Part shown: positions 25,988 to 38,501 of the stretch, in pieces
Layout: every line of letters starts with the position of its first letter
Position numbering within the stretch: position 1 is the stretch's first letter
Source of the DNA: Rebecca billardiae RCC1528
Lineage: Eukaryota; Protista; Haptophyta
NCBI GenBank assembly: GCA_965240325.2
Contig: OZ251226.1
Location: forward strand, 2,852,001 to 2,916,000
Length of the DNA: 64,000 nucleotides
Direction of reading: 5' to 3'
Program-made: the position numbers and the translations under genes
Notes under the pieces: model-generated
Told to the model about the DNA's origin: nothing
Database searches by the model: none
The model's input: the letters and a program-made list of their open reading frames with translations, nothing else

Positions 25988-26999
25988 AGCGCGACCGTCG
26001 GCCGCCAATCTGCCTGATATTATCAGGGTTCAGCAGCAGTCACTGCAAATGGTGACCGCATTCGGCCATGCATCCCCCGACGGATGAAGTCTAGCCTATA
26101 GGCGGATGTCGCCTCGGCCTCGGGGTCGATCACGTCTGATTTAACCATCATGGCATCGCGCCATTATGATGCCTGATGTATCGTCGTTCCGACTTAGCAC
26201 TGCTGCACCGAATAACGAGTCACACAGTCCGCCGCGAGGCCCGGCACTGTGCGAGAGTGTAGTTTAGGGGCCTTAGGCGCTATACCGCCGGCACGGTCGG
26301 ACCAGTCCCGCCAGATTATAGGACCAGGCACCTGGGCTTAGTAGTGTCATTGCCATTGGTTAGCACTAGCAGCCACAAGTTTAAAAGTGAGCAGTCGTCG
26401 GCACTCTGAAGTTCGTGCAACGGTGGCACCGCGACATGCAATGCGGTACATGCACACGGATCGGGTACTGGGCCGGCACGGGGCGCACGCGGCCCGCGGG
26501 CACGACTGGGCCGGCCCGCGGGATCGTCGCGGCTAACTCGGTGACGGTGTATCTCTCGCGCGGCGCGGTCCCGGAGTGCGGTCCCCGCCTCCTACTACGT
26601 GACTGGCACTTAGTCAGTCACTTTAAACTTCAAGTCACTTAGAGCAGTCTTAGTCCGACTCATACGGGACATGCCGAGTCGGTCCGACGGGCCGCGCCGG
26701 TCCGCGCCGAGTCGCAGCATGATGCTCCGGCCGGCAAGTGTGGCATTAATTCAGCGCTGTGAAGCCTATATAATACGCTCACTCACTCACGGACTTCGGG
26801 GGCGCCGCGGCGCCGCGAACTCAGTACGCCTCCGCCTCAGGCGGAGGGCAACTGCCCACGGTGGTGCCCGGTCATGGCTGCCACGGGCCGCCGTGGCCGC
26901 GGACACCTCGGCCACAGGCCAACAGACGGGGTCGCCAGAGCCCGGCCGGCGCTGCAGGGATGCTTGACACGGTACTACCTCTTCGCGCTGGAATCACGT

Positions 27000-27436
27000 T
27001 CACCAACGACCGTGTACTTGAGCAGAAGAGCGAATCCAGCCGCGCCGAAGAACGCTGGCGTTACCCCCACGCGCAGAGGGGAGTGGGTGACGCGCGTCAG
27101 CATGAGACAACGCAGTTGCCGTGGCGGCGCAACGCGCTGAGGAGAGCATGCGTCGCATACCTGCCCATCCGTAGCCCATCAAGCGCGAATACGCTCTCAA
27201 GTTGAAGTTCACCATCCCCTGTCGGCGCACGTAGGCCGGGTCCCCATGACGATGATCATCCGCATGGGCGTTCGCAGGGGCACACGCACATGGCTGCGCA
27301 CAGCACGCGCACCTTCACGTCGTGCTCGTCGGCGACCTTCTTCGCGGCCTGGTATGCCCGTCGCAGGTCCTCCTCGTTGAGCTGCGTTCGCAGTTTGGAC
27401 TGCCCTTTCGACTTCGGTGGCTCCGCGGCTGCCATC
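27000..27436 (-). other. Possible small spliced gene or gene fragment
   Basis: MAAAEPPKSKGQSKLRTQLNEEDLRRAYQAAKKVADEHDVK followed by a GTGCGC donor; candidate acceptor near 27219. Confidence 0.3.
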
Positions 27437-28556
27437 GCGCACACCGTGCCGGTGCCGAGTCAGCCCGGACCGGCAGCGCCGGATTCGTGATAACTGTAGT
27501 CATCCTGTCTCACCTCGGCCAGTACTAAGACCACTCAGTCCATCCTGGTGTGATAGTACACACAGCACACATTGCGCGGCGCATCTCTGTAGTCATCAAT
27601 CTGTATACCGTATTGTCTAAGCGGACGTTCTGAAGTACTACGACGAAGTAACTACGTCTGCTACTTGCCAGTTACGAATACGATTGTAACGCCAATACGG
27701 TGCGCTCTCGACCGTCGTACTGACGTACGTGTCCGTTACTGTAGCGCGACCTGCCGCCGCCGGACGACGTCGACTGACGTCAGGAAAGTCACCGGGCCGA
27801 TAGTGGCCTGCCGAGTAGACAGTAGTACGCCGTGCGGCAGTGGATCTTTTTGCGGATGTCGCAGCCGCCTGAGAGTAGAATGAGTCTGATCTAGTGCGGA
27901 GACTCAGTGTCACACCACGGCCGCCGCCACGGGCGTCGGCGGGCGTGATCGGTCAAGTGGTCTGCAGCTGCGATGAATGCAGGATGCGACCCGCGTCAGT
28001 AATCAGTGGCAGCCGCGTGATCGGCGTGATCGGCGTGATCCCGCCGCAATCCTAGATAGTAGATTAAGAGCTCACATCGATCATACTTCGACGGTCCGCA
28101 GGGACCGGCGTATTATGACGACTGCCAGCGCCGCCGCGGCGGATGGCGGGCGACACGCGTCGTTCACCGTCCCGTGTAAGCTATCGATCTACTGAGACTG
28201 ATGAGAATATCGATCCAATATCCGATTCTGCACCGGATCGATCAAATCATCACGGACTCGTACTCGTCTGTCAGCCTGGGATCAGTCTGAGCCCCTGATC
28301 CCAGGACAACAATAATAACAAGTGCGTGACGAAGTGCCTTATATATCGATGATCAGTTGCTGCCCGCGGCGGCCTAACTGCAGCTGAAGACTGAGTGACA
28401 GGCTGCTAATGAACTACTACCGACGGCGACTATACTTTATTTGCAGATATTAATTATATAACGTACAGTGCTGAATTCGTGCACTGGCGCCGCACTCCGC
28501 TCCGATCCGGGCGGTAGCTCCGCGAGGCAAAGCTAGGATGAGGCGGTCGCCACGGC

Positions 28557-30125
28557 TCATGAGGCCGATACCATCGGGGCCGTCGACGCCAGGCCGATGC
28601 CGCTGACGGATGTGGTCGCCACCAGCCTGAGCGGCGTGAGCGGCGCGATCGTTGATGTGCCGTGACCCAGATCGACAACGGCGATCGCCCACCGCTCGAT
28701 CAGCGGCAGGGCCGTGCGCTCGCTCACGAGTGCAGCGTATGTGCCCCTCGTGCGCGCGCGTCTGACCCCGCCCACCTGTCCGCCTGACGGGCGCACGTCG
28801 TCGACGAGGTAGCCGAGGCTCCCCAGCAGGGGCAGCGAGGGTGCGCCCGTGCCGCTGCCGAGCCGCGCGACGACTTCTGGATCGAGCTCCTCCGCCTCGG
28901 GGGCGGCAGCGCCCCAGCGCACAAGCTCAAGGCCGCGTTTGCCTGGCACGAGCGAGAGAAGGGCGTGTGCGCCCGCCACGCCTGAAGTGCGCAGCGGCTG
29001 GAGCGTGAGCGGAGCGCGCGCAGAGGCCCAACGCAGCGGCGACCAGCTCGCCTTGGCGTGTCCAGCGCGCGGGAGGATGGTCACAGTACCCAGCCCGACG
29101 TCAGCCGCCCCGAGCTTGGCCGCGCCGAAGGTGCGCCGGGCGGCGCGCAGAGTGCGCACGCCCGCCGTGCCACCCGCATCGTCCGCGCACGCGTAGAAGT
29201 AGGCCGCGTAGTGCGAGGGATCGTCCTCGCTCGCAGCGCGGCTGAGCGCGCCAAGCTCGATGACGCGCGCGCCGTCGCGCACGTCCACGCGGTAGAAGCG
29301 CACCTTGGCCTCCGCGCCGGACCCATCTTCAACGCCCACCACGATGGCCGTGCCCTCCGACGATACGCAGTAGCCGCGCGGCGCTCCGCGCACGGCCGGC
29401 AGCGGCGTGCGCTCGCACTGGGCCGTGCTCGGGTCGACACGATGCAGCCACACTTCTGGCGGTGCGCCCAAAGGGGGCGGCGCCACCGTCCAGTTCGCCT
29501 CCACCGTGACGAAGCTGCCGACTGGGCCCGCCCCCCGCAGCCACGCCCATGGTCGCGTCTCGCCGCCGTAGCTCGTGTACCCGCTCACCGCGCGGTCGCT
29601 GCTCGTGCGTCCCGTGCCCGAGTCGACGCTGAGCGTGCGCAGCCGATGTCCATCGGTCAGCAGGACGTAAACGGCCTCGGAGGGCTCGCGTGCACCGCCT
29701 GCGCGAGCGTCAGCCACCTCCGCGAGGTCGATGTCGGCCGGCTCGGCCATGGAGCGCTGCGCCTCCACGCCGAGCTGCCACGGCCGAGCCGGGTCGCAGC
29801 AGCCCACGGAGCCGAGCGCGCAGCACACCGTCCAGCGGCCGCAGCACCGGGCGGGGTACTTGCCCATCGCCGGGCACGGCCGCGTCGGCTGATCCGCGCA
29901 GCATGTTCCGTCGTCACTCCCTGGTGGGCCTTGCGCGCACGTCGTGAGTATGCCGCAGCAGCCACCCCCGCAGCACGTGGCGTTGCGCTCGTCGGCAGCT
30001 GACTGCCACGGGTGCGAGTGAGGGCAGCAAATCGAGCCGCACCCCAGCTCGCCGGTCGGGCACGCGCCTAAGATCGCATGGGCGTAGAAGGTGAGCATAA
30101 GCGCGGGTGCAACGGATCCAGGCAT
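28557..30125 (-). CDS. Secreted protein with Cys-rich (CC-repeat) N-terminus and probable beta-propeller C-terminus
   Basis: Signal-peptide-like MPGSVAPALMLTFYAHAILG; repeated CC doublets; beta-strand-rich repeats. Confidence 0.75.
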   Translation of the reverse strand: MPGSVAPALMLTFYAHAILGACPTGELGCGSICCPHSHPWQSAADERNATCCGGGCCGILTTCAQGPPGSDDGTCCADQPTRPCPAMGKYPARCCGRWTVCCALGSVGCCDPARPWQLGVEAQRSMAEPADIDLAEVADARAGGAREPSEAVYVLLTDGHRLRTLSVDSGTGRTSSDRAVSGYTSYGGETRPWAWLRGAGPVGSFVTVEANWTVAPPPLGAPPEVWLHRVDPSTAQCERTPLPAVRGAPRGYCVSSEGTAIVVGVEDGSGAEAKVRFYRVDVRDGARVIELGALSRAASEDDPSHYAAYFYACADDAGGTAGVRTLRAARRTFGAAKLGAADVGLGTVTILPRAGHAKASWSPLRWASARAPLTLQPLRTSGVAGAHALLSLVPGKRGLELVRWGAAAPEAEELDPEVVARLGSGTGAPSLPLLGSLGYLVDDVRPSGGQVGGVRRARTRGTYAALVSERTALPLIERWAIAVVDLGHGTSTIAPLTPLRLVATTSVSGIGLASTAPMVSAS

Positions 30126-30350
30126 GGCCGCACACTCGTCTGTCCGCCTTTGCAACGTGCACGTGCACCCCGGCCAAGGGCGGTACCGCCCTTGCCCCGG
30201 CCGTCCAGTTCGCTTCCCACGGCGGCGGAGCGGCCGGCCGGGGGGGGGTGAGTGTCCGCGTCAGGGTAGTTGCTGAAAGTCCGGGCTTCGGCCACCGGAC
30301 GCACGCGTTTGCTGGTGGCGGACGCGCATCCCCAAAGCAACCGCAACGCG

Positions 30351-33300
30351 ATGACGCTGGCGCACGCCCTCGCGGCGCTGGCCGAGGCGGGACCGGAGGC
30401 ACGCGCCAAGTGCGTGGAGACTGTGCACACTCTTCTCGCCAACGTCCTCCAGCACCCGTCCGAGCCCAAGTACCGCCGAGTGCGCATGGGCAATGCGCGG
30501 TGCGTGCGCCGCCGCGCACCGCGCGATGCATGCTGCGCGACGGTGCAGGCTGACGAGCCCGAACCGCCGTCGCGCGCGCGGCGCGCTCGGCGCGCAGGTT
30601 CCACGCGGCTGTTCTCTCCGTCAGCGGCGGGCGTGACCTCATGCTCGTCGCGGGCTTTGCGCCCGATGGCGATGCTCTTGTCCTCGCGGAGGGCGCTGAC
30701 CTCGCGCCCGCGCGCGCCGTCCTCGACGCGCTGGCGGCGGGCTCCGCCAACGGCGCGACTACGGCGCCTGATGGCGCCACACACGCCGCCACCGCCAGCA
30801 CGCCCGCAGCGCATCCGACGCCCGCCGCGCCCACCGCTGCCAGCGCCACGGACGCGGCGGCGGCTGGCGCGGACGACGGCGCCGACTCGGACTCTGAGGA
30901 GCTCGCCCTCGCCCTCTCGCTCTCGGTCGCGGGCGCGGCGCCGGGCCCGAGCGCCACGCCGGCGGCGGCGGCACCAGCCGCGCCCACGCCCGCCGCGGAT
31001 CCGCCGGCGGCGGGCGACGCCTCGCTCGCCGAGGCCATCCGCCGCCACTTTGAGCGGCTGACGGCGGACGGCGTGGCGCCGACCGAAGCGGCCGTGCAGG
31101 CGCTCGACGCGGCGCGCAACGAGGCGGCGGAGGCGGGCACGCTGGAGGGCGCGATCCGCCGGCACTTCGCGCGGCTGAGCGCGGAGGGCCTTCCGCCCAA
31201 CGAGGCGGCCGCGCGCGCGCTCGAGGCCGCGCGGGAGGAGATGGCGGCCAGGGCCGCCGCCGGCGGCGACGCGCGCGCCGGCAGCAAGCGCGCGCGCGAG
31301 CACGCGCCGGCGGCAGCCGGGCAGGCGGCCGCGGCCGCGGAGGCGCCCGCCGCGGTGGAGTTCGTGCGCTTCGACGCGGAGAACGTCGCGACGGCGGCCG
31401 ACCAGGTCCACGAGATCAACGCCTTCTTCGCCGCGACGGGCATCGCCTTCGTCGACCCGTCCTTCCCGCCGCAGCCGCGCTCGCTCTTCTTCTCAGAGAG
31501 CAGCGCGTCGCAGTGGAAGTGCGCAGACTGCGGCCGGCGCAACCCGGTGCCGCCGGACCTGCCGCCGGCGGTGGAGATGGTCGGGCCGCAGGGCGCGGCG
31601 GCGCGCGCGCGCTTCCGCATGCGCTGCTCCTTCTGCCAGGCCGACGCCTCGGTCGAGCAGTCCCTCTCGCGCCCGACCAAGTGGCTGTCGGCGCGCGCCG
31701 ACCCGATCCGGGATCCGATCACGCTGCAGTACTTTGCGAGCGTGCCGTGGGCGATCATCCGCGACGAGCCGCGGCCGGACGACGCGCGGCAGGGCGCGCT
31801 CGGCGACTGCTGGTTCATCTGCGCGCTCTCCGTCCTCGCCGAGACGCCCGACCGCGTGCGCGCCCTCTTCTCGCCGACGGGCGAGCCGTCGCGCGCGCGC
31901 ACTGACTTCAATGACGCGGGCGCGTACACGCTGCGGCTGTGCCGCGCGGGCGAGTGGCACACCGTCGTGGTGGACGACCACTTCCCGGCGAACGAGCTGG
32001 ACATGCTGGCGTACGCGAATCCGGCGCGGAAGCAGCTGTGGGTCGCGCTCGTCGAGAAGGCCGCCGCCAAGCTGCACGGCTGCTACGAGGCGCTCGAGGC
32101 GGGCACGATGGCGGAGGCGCTCACGATGCTCACCGGGTACGCGACCGAGCGGCTGCTGACGCACCGGTACCGCCCCGTCGACGAGCTGCTCGCGGGCGCG
32201 CAGGAGCGGCGCGCGGCGGCGGGCGGCGGCGCGCCGGACGCGGAGGCGCTCAAGCTGCAGCGCAAGGCGATCGAGGCCGACCTCGCCACGCGCGAGTACG
32301 CCGACGTCGAGGAGCTGTTCTACGGGCTCGCGTCGAGGCGCGCGAGCGGCTTTGTGATCGCGGCCGCGTGCGTCGACCGCAAGGCGCGCGAGCTGGGGCT
32401 GCAGGTGCCGCACGCGTACGGCATTCTCGAGCTGCAGGAGATCGAGGTGGAGGCGCAGGACGAGCCGGTCCGGCTGGTCAAGCTGCGCAACCCGAGCGGC
32501 TTCAGCAGCTGGGCGGGCGACTGGGGCCCCAAGTCGAAGCAGTGGACGCACGACGTGAGGCAGGCGCTCGGCGCCGACCGCGAGGACGGTGCGGTCTTCT
32601 GGATGGCCTTCGACGACTTCATGCGCTTCTTCGCGAGCGTGGAGGTGTGCCGCGTGCGGCCGAGCCTGACGGAGACGCGCGCGCGCGGCTGGCTCCCGTC
32701 CGCGTTCGGCGCGGGCGAGGGCATGCGCCTCTCCGCCTTCGCGCGCACCGAGCTCGACCTCTGCCTGTATCAGGAGGGCCACAGCGAGCGCGGCACGGGC
32801 GCGCGCACGCTGCTCGACCTCGGCATGCTGCTGCTGCGCCGCGGCGGCGGGCCGCCCGTCGAGGAGGAGGGGCAGCAGGAGGGTAGCAGCAGGCGGCTCA
32901 CCGTCGTCGCGCACGTCGCGCGCGGGCCCGTCGAGCAGGTGCGCTGCGCGCGCCAGCACGCGCGCGCCCGCGCACGGCCCGCGCTTCTGCGCGCGCCGCT
33001 GCGATGCTGACGGGCGCAGCGCACGCCCCGCTCTGCGCGCGGCCCGCGCCCGGCCCGCGCCCGCCGCGCCGCGCAGGCGTTCGCCAACGTCACGCTCGAG
33101 ATGGACGACGTCGAGGCGGAGTACGTGGCCCTGCCGCTGTCCTTCACGCAGCTCGCCTCGACTGAGCCGCGCCGCTACGTCGCGGCCGTGCACTCGACGC
33201 AGCCCGTGCTGCTGCAGCCCACGCCCGTGGACATGCACGAGCTGGCGTGCGCACTCGCAGACGTGACGGCCGCGCAGGGCGAGCGCAAGCGGCTCAACGC

Positions 33301-33952
33301 CGCGCTGTGCCTGACCAACTGGAGGGACGACTCGGGGACAATCATCGTCGCCGAGAACATCTCGCCCGTCCACCACTTCCAGGTCGACCTAGACATCGCG
33401 CAGGCGGTCAACATCTTGTGCTCGAGAGGTGTGCGCGCGCCAAGCAAGCGCGCACGTGCGGGCGGGCGTCTCGCGCTCGGCGGCCGAGCGCGCGGACCGG
33501 GCTCATGCACTCTGCGTGCCCCTCGCCGCGCGCGCCCTCCAGGCGCGCTCTTCTCGCAGGACGTCTTGCCGCCACTCTCGCGGCAGGTGCTCATGGTCAT
33601 CTCGCACAAGCCCGGCGGCAACGAGCCCAATTACGGCGTGAGCATGGCCGTGCAGCCGGCATCGGCGGCCGCGGAGGCGCACATGCCGCCGATTGGCGGC
33701 GAGCAGCCGATCAGCAGGCTGCACATGCCCACGGCGCTGCCAGCCGCGCGGCGCGCGCTTCTGGAGCGTGAAATGAGCGCACAGCCTGCCGCCGGCGCGA
33801 GCAACATCGACATCCAGAACCTGTCAGCCGCCCTCGCCGCCACGTTCCAGCAGCAGCTGGCAAACAACCAGGGCGGCGACGGGCCTGGCGGCGGCGGGAG
33901 CGGCGCACCACCTGGGCCTGGCGGCGGGGGGCAGGGTGGCAACCCTGCCTGA
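30351..33952 (+). CDS. Calpain-like cysteine protease with PUB domain, UIM and Zn finger (calpain-15/SOL-like); exons 30351-30499, 30598-32938, 33077-33428, 33543-33952
   Basis: PUB-like NVLQHPSEPKYRRVRMGN; UIM-like SEELALALSLS; FVDPSFPP; QGALGDCWF (Cys), LWVALVEKAAAKLHGCYEAL, HAYGIL (His), LRNPSG (Asn). Confidence 0.93.
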
Positions 33953-34392
33953 GATCGGCACCCTGGACGCCGCCCGACGAGACGCCATCGGCCTGAGGCT
34001 TGGGCGCCAACTGCAGCAGTCGGTCTGTCTGCTGGCAACTCGCACCCAGACCCGGCTGCACCGGCACCGGCGGCCCCCGCGTTCGCGGCCGCGGGCACCT
34101 GCCACCTGGTCCTCGAGACTCACCGCGGCCGGGCCCCGCGGGCCCGCCGGCGGGGCCGGGGGCTGTAAAGTTTAAGTGTACGTAGACCCCTCGCCCGCCG
34201 TCGCGGACTGACCGCGCGGCGGGGGTGGCCGGGGGCTCGCGCGGAACCGACCTATCATCAGGCTATCACTCGTAGTAGCTACGCGTGGGTACTGCTGGGT
34301 AGACGCCAAGCTCGCGTACTACCGGCACCGCGCCCGCGGGCAGCGCGTAGCCGTACTGACGTCCGCCGACTGAGTACAGAGTCAGAGTACAG

Positions 34393-34547
34393 TTTATTTG
34401 TTTTTAACGTGCGTAAGGCTCACGGTGGCAGGTTGCCGCGCCATCCTTCATCGCACGCTCTCCGAAGAGAGACCTGGAAACTGGGGGTTTGAACCCATGA
34501 CCTCAGACGCAAGAGCACGCCAGTACTCCCACTCGGCCACAGACCGG
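34393..34547 (-). mobile_element. tRNA-derived SINE-like element
   Basis: A box TGGCCGAGTGG (34539-34529), B box GGTTCAAACC (34495-34486), no valid cloverleaf, structured body, A-rich tail CACGTTAAAAACAAATAAA. Confidence 0.7.
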
Positions 34548-34659
34548 TAGTGAGTACTGACTCCGTGGGCGTCAGACTTCCGGGTGACGCCGTTGGCTGT
34601 TTGCTCCGCCTGATATGCGATCGTAGACCCGAGGCCTGCCACGGCCGTCAGCCACCCAC

Positions 34660-35659
34660 TCAGCTGCCGTTGCCCGTCTTTTGCTTCTTCTTGTTCCTGC
34701 TAGCGCGATCGCGACGGGCGAGGGCGTGTGAGTGCGCAGCGGCGGTAGGGTGCGCGTGGATTGGACGCGCCGGCGCCCGTGTGCGAGGCGCACCTGTTTG
34801 GCTCGAAGACGTACTTGATGAGCGACTCCTTGATGCCGAGGAGCTCAGGAAATTCCTTCTTGAGCTTGGCGCAGTCGAGCTCGTTGTTCGAGCGCGGCGC
34901 GGCGAGGATCTTCGCCTGCTCCTCCAGCGTGAAATTCTTCCACGTGAAGCTGGGGTCGTAGTACTCCTTGTACAGCTCGAGGATCTCGTTGTGGGAGACC
35001 ACGCCCGGGTTGGTGAAGTTGTAGATGCCGGTGAGCTTGCGGCGCGCCATCTCGATGGAGATGGGCATCAGCTCCGGCAGCACCGTCATCGAGTTGGGGA
35101 TGTTCACCACGCGGTCGTACTTGGAGATCTTGTAGATGAAGTTGCGCGGGAACTCGAGGTCGTCGCCGATCGGCATCCGCACGCGCAGGGTGCACGTGTT
35201 TGGGTAGATCTTGAGGAGGTCCTCGACATACGCCTTGGTGTGCGAGTAGAACGAGCCGTGGAAATTGGGCGAGTCCTCCTCCGTGAAGCCAACGCCGCTG
35301 TTCATCTTGTGCTTGCCATTGTCGTACTCGAAGATGCAGCCAGTCGCAAAGATGGTCAGGTGGATATCGCGCTCGTTTGTGAGATCGGCGAGGTTGAGCG
35401 TGCCGACAACGTTCACGCGCACGGTCTCGGACTTGTGCGACTCACACCAGTCCACGTTCGGCCGGCCCGTCAGCCCAGCAGCGTTGAGCACGTGTGTCGG
35501 CTTCACAGTGTCGAGCTCCTTTGCCAAGCTCTCGCGGTTCTCCAGCCGCGTTGTCGCGTACGAGTACTCGATCCCCTTCTCCTCGCAGAGGCCGCCGAGC
35601 ATGCCACCAAGCCATCCGGTCTTGCCGAAGATGAGCACCTTCATCTTGTCGCCGCCCAT
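34660..35659 (-). CDS. NRS/ER: NRS/ER bifunctional NDP-4-keto-6-deoxyglucose 3,5-epimerase/4-reductase (rhamnose synthesis); exons 35659-34794, 34696-34660
   Basis: LIFGKTGWLGG, KPTHVLNAAGLTGRPNVDWCESHK, ATGCIFEYD, GSFYSHTK, LRVRMPI, APRSNNELD. Confidence 0.95.
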
Positions 35660-35905
35660 CCTGTGCGTGCTCTGGCCTCGGGCGTCCCGCGGTCTCGGCC
35701 ACTGGAGGCGTTGGCTGCTCGCGAGACGCGCTCCACCGCGAACTACCGGCGATCGAACGCGCTTTTACGCTGTGGCCGATCGAGATCGGTATCTCGAGCT
35801 CTGCGCTCGTCGGAGTCGTCGCTTTTGATCGATCAGACCGACTGTATCCATACTGAATACGTACGTAAAACAGCACAGAGTCTCTGAGAACTAACTACGT
35901 CATCT

Positions 35906-35978
35906 ACAGTTTACTAAGAATATTATAAGAGACGCACACAGCTCAAGCAGGCGAGATAACGAGATTGACGCCCGCCAA
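35906..35978 (+). repeat. Dispersed short repeat, copy 2
   Basis: Same core as 25922-25987. Confidence 0.85.
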
Positions 35979-36839
35979 CTGTCACCGCCCATGAAGCCGT
36001 CGCCGATGGTAGCGCCGCCGGAAGATTCGTTCAGCCGTCCGCCTGCGAGGCCTGGATGAGGGCCGTGCGGCCGCCTCGCGGCGCGGCCAGCCGCCCCGCC
36101 GGGCCCGCGGAGTAGCGCCACGGCGGCTGAGTACGCGGCTCTCCCAGTAGCGCCCGTCGTCCTGGCCGTGAGAATCCGCGATGGTGCCCGTTCCCCCTTG
36201 GCTGCTTAGACTGCATTCGTCACTGCTTGAATATCACTCCAGATAGGCGCATCAGTGCTGAATGCAAGACCGTACTACCAGGACTCGGGTGTGCCATGCA
36301 GGGTTCAGCCGCTCACACGCCGTGAACCGTGCCGACGCGTCTTCCAATCTGATGACTCTCTTGCCAAAGAGGACCGACTCGGGTCAGAAGACGTCCGAGT
36401 TCTGTGACTCAGACTCTTCCCGGGTCAGGATCGGAGGACGTAGTCCGTGACGGCGGCCACGCCCACGTCGTGACTCGTTGTCGTACTCGTACTTCGTAGT
36501 CGTGTCCGTGCCGCGTCGTCGTCACGCGGTTCACAGTGTCAGTTGCGTCTGCTAGTAGTGGACTAGTGCGGCGTCGTCGGACGTCCGTGCAGGCGCCATG
36601 TCCACCATCACGGACCGTCGTCGAAGCCGTCATCTCGCAAGCTCGTCGTGGGGCGTGCACCTTGCACGGGCAAATGTGGCAATGTGCGCTCGCCAACGAC
36701 GCGGTGTCCGCCGGTCGTGACAGCCGCAAAGGCGGCTGCCGACCACGCTCAGCTCGCCGCGGCGCCACATATGCCACAGGCCAGCCCGGCTCCAGCTGGT
36801 GCGGCCAGCGCGCGCGGCGCGCCACCGCGCGGCCGACGC

Positions 36840-38501
36840 TCAGTTCGCAGGCGCTACCGCATCGACGGCTCCCCCATCCGGCTCATCGCCCGAGCTCGCC
36901 TTCCGCCCCGACGCCATCTTGCCCCGCAGCCAGACGCTCGCCTCGAGCGCGCGCACGACGTAGAGCAGCAGCAGGCCGCGCCAGACGGCCTGCACGCCAT
37001 GGCCGCTCACCGTGATCGCGAGCCAGAGGTACGTGGCGACGAGGCCGATGTTGAAGCACGAGCAGCGCACGAGGTAGCCGATCTCGTTCATCGCCAGGTA
37101 AGCGCCGTCCACCACCTGCACCGCCCCTGCGAGCAGCAGCGAGAGGAAGGTGGGCAGCGCAAACGAGCGCATGATGGGCCAGAGCGCCACGTCGCGCGTG
37201 AACATGGCGGGCGCTGCGTGCGGCAGCGTGAAGCCGATCAGGCCGAGGCCGCTGCCGGCGAGCATGCCCGTGACGACGAGGACGATGAGCAGCCGATTCG
37301 CGAGCGGCATCCCCAGATTCGGCACCGGGTCCTTGGGCCGCTGGCGCATGATCTCGTGCTGCTGCTCGCGCAGGCGCGTGTCTCGCGCCATCTCTGTCGG
37401 CAGGAACACCTGCGTTGCCTGCTGCAGCGGCAGCGTCGCACACATGAGGAGGTTGAACATGGACCACATGGCCTGGTGCGCGGCGGCCGACTCCGTGGAG
37501 AACGTCGTCGCGCGAGAGCACAGCAGCAGGAAGGACGTGTTGAGCGAGATGAAGATGACGGAGATCGCAGCCGACTTGGACCAGAAGCGGTGCAGCTCCT
37601 TCTTGGTCGGGAGCGCCAGTCGCAGCTTCACGCGGCTCGTCTTTCGGTAGCCGATGAAGAGGAAGAGGGGGATCGCGAGCCACTGCGCGCCCGACGTGGC
37701 GATGGCCGCGCCGGCGAGCCCCATCTTGGCCCCCAGGATCAGCCCGAGATCGCCCACGATGTTGACCACCGACGTGAGCGCGATCACGAACAGCGGCGTC
37801 ATTGAGTCGCGCTGCGCGAGCAGCGCGGCCTGCAGCACCATGCCAATGAGCACGGCTGGGCACGAGAGCGCTCGGATGCGTAGGTAGACAGCCGCCTTGG
37901 CCACCACATCCGGGTGCGCGCCGGTGGCGGCGATCACCGAGTTCGTGCCGCTCAGGAGCAGCAGGCCCGTCGTCGTGCCGATGACGGCGGCGAGCAGGAC
38001 AGCGCAGGTGAGGATGCGCTGCGCGGCGCCGACGTCGTTCTCCGCGAGGTAGGTGGAGACCTCGAGGGTTGTCGCCGCCGAGAGGAAGCAGAACGTCCAC
38101 AGGATCGTGTTGAACACCACGACATTGGGACCAAGCGACGCGAGGTCGATTGTCGAGCCAGCGATGCCGACGCACACCGTGTCGATGAAGGACATGAGGG
38201 GATCGGCGAGCGAGACGCTCGCCGCCGGCACGCAGAAGACGAGGATCTTCCAGATCTCGTCGCGCAGTCGCCACCTCGGGACCTCCACCTCCATCGCCGC
38301 TCGTCTGCGCCCCATGAGCGGCAGGCGAAGCAAGCCGTGCCTCGGCGCGACAGAGGCCAGCACGCGCGCGCGCGGCCGCGCAAAGGCCGGGCGCAGCCGC
38401 TTGCGCTCAAAGGGCTTGGCGGGATCGACCGCGCCCTCGGCGACGATAGTGACCGCCATCAACACCGCCAGCAAAGCGTGCCGCGCGATGCGTGTTCGCA
38501 T
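36840..38501 (-). CDS. MATE/DTX family transporter with N-terminal targeting peptide
   Basis: FCVPAASVSLADPLMSFIDTVCVG, YLRIRALSCPA, DSMTPL..VNIVGDLGLI..MGLAGAAIAT; many TM helices. Confidence 0.92.
   Translation of the reverse strand: MRTRIARHALLAVLMAVTIVAEGAVDPAKPFERKRLRPAFARPRARVLASVAPRHGLLRLPLMGRRRAAMEVEVPRWRLRDEIWKILVFCVPAASVSLADPLMSFIDTVCVGIAGSTIDLASLGPNVVVFNTILWTFCFLSAATTLEVSTYLAENDVGAAQRILTCAVLLAAVIGTTTGLLLLSGTNSVIAATGAHPDVVAKAAVYLRIRALSCPAVLIGMVLQAALLAQRDSMTPLFVIALTSVVNIVGDLGLILGAKMGLAGAAIATSGAQWLAIPLFLFIGYRKTSRVKLRLALPTKKELHRFWSKSAAISVIFISLNTSFLLLCSRATTFSTESAAAHQAMWSMFNLLMCATLPLQQATQVFLPTEMARDTRLREQQHEIMRQRPKDPVPNLGMPLANRLLIVLVVTGMLAGSGLGLIGFTLPHAAPAMFTRDVALWPIMRSFALPTFLSLLLAGAVQVVDGAYLAMNEIGYLVRCSCFNIGLVATYLWLAITVSGHGVQAVWRGLLLLYVVRALEASVWLRGKMASGRKASSGDEPDGGAVDAVAPAN

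Noticed and set aside
34470-34547. Functional tRNA gene
   Set aside because: Acceptor and anticodon stems do not pair properly; better explained as a SINE head
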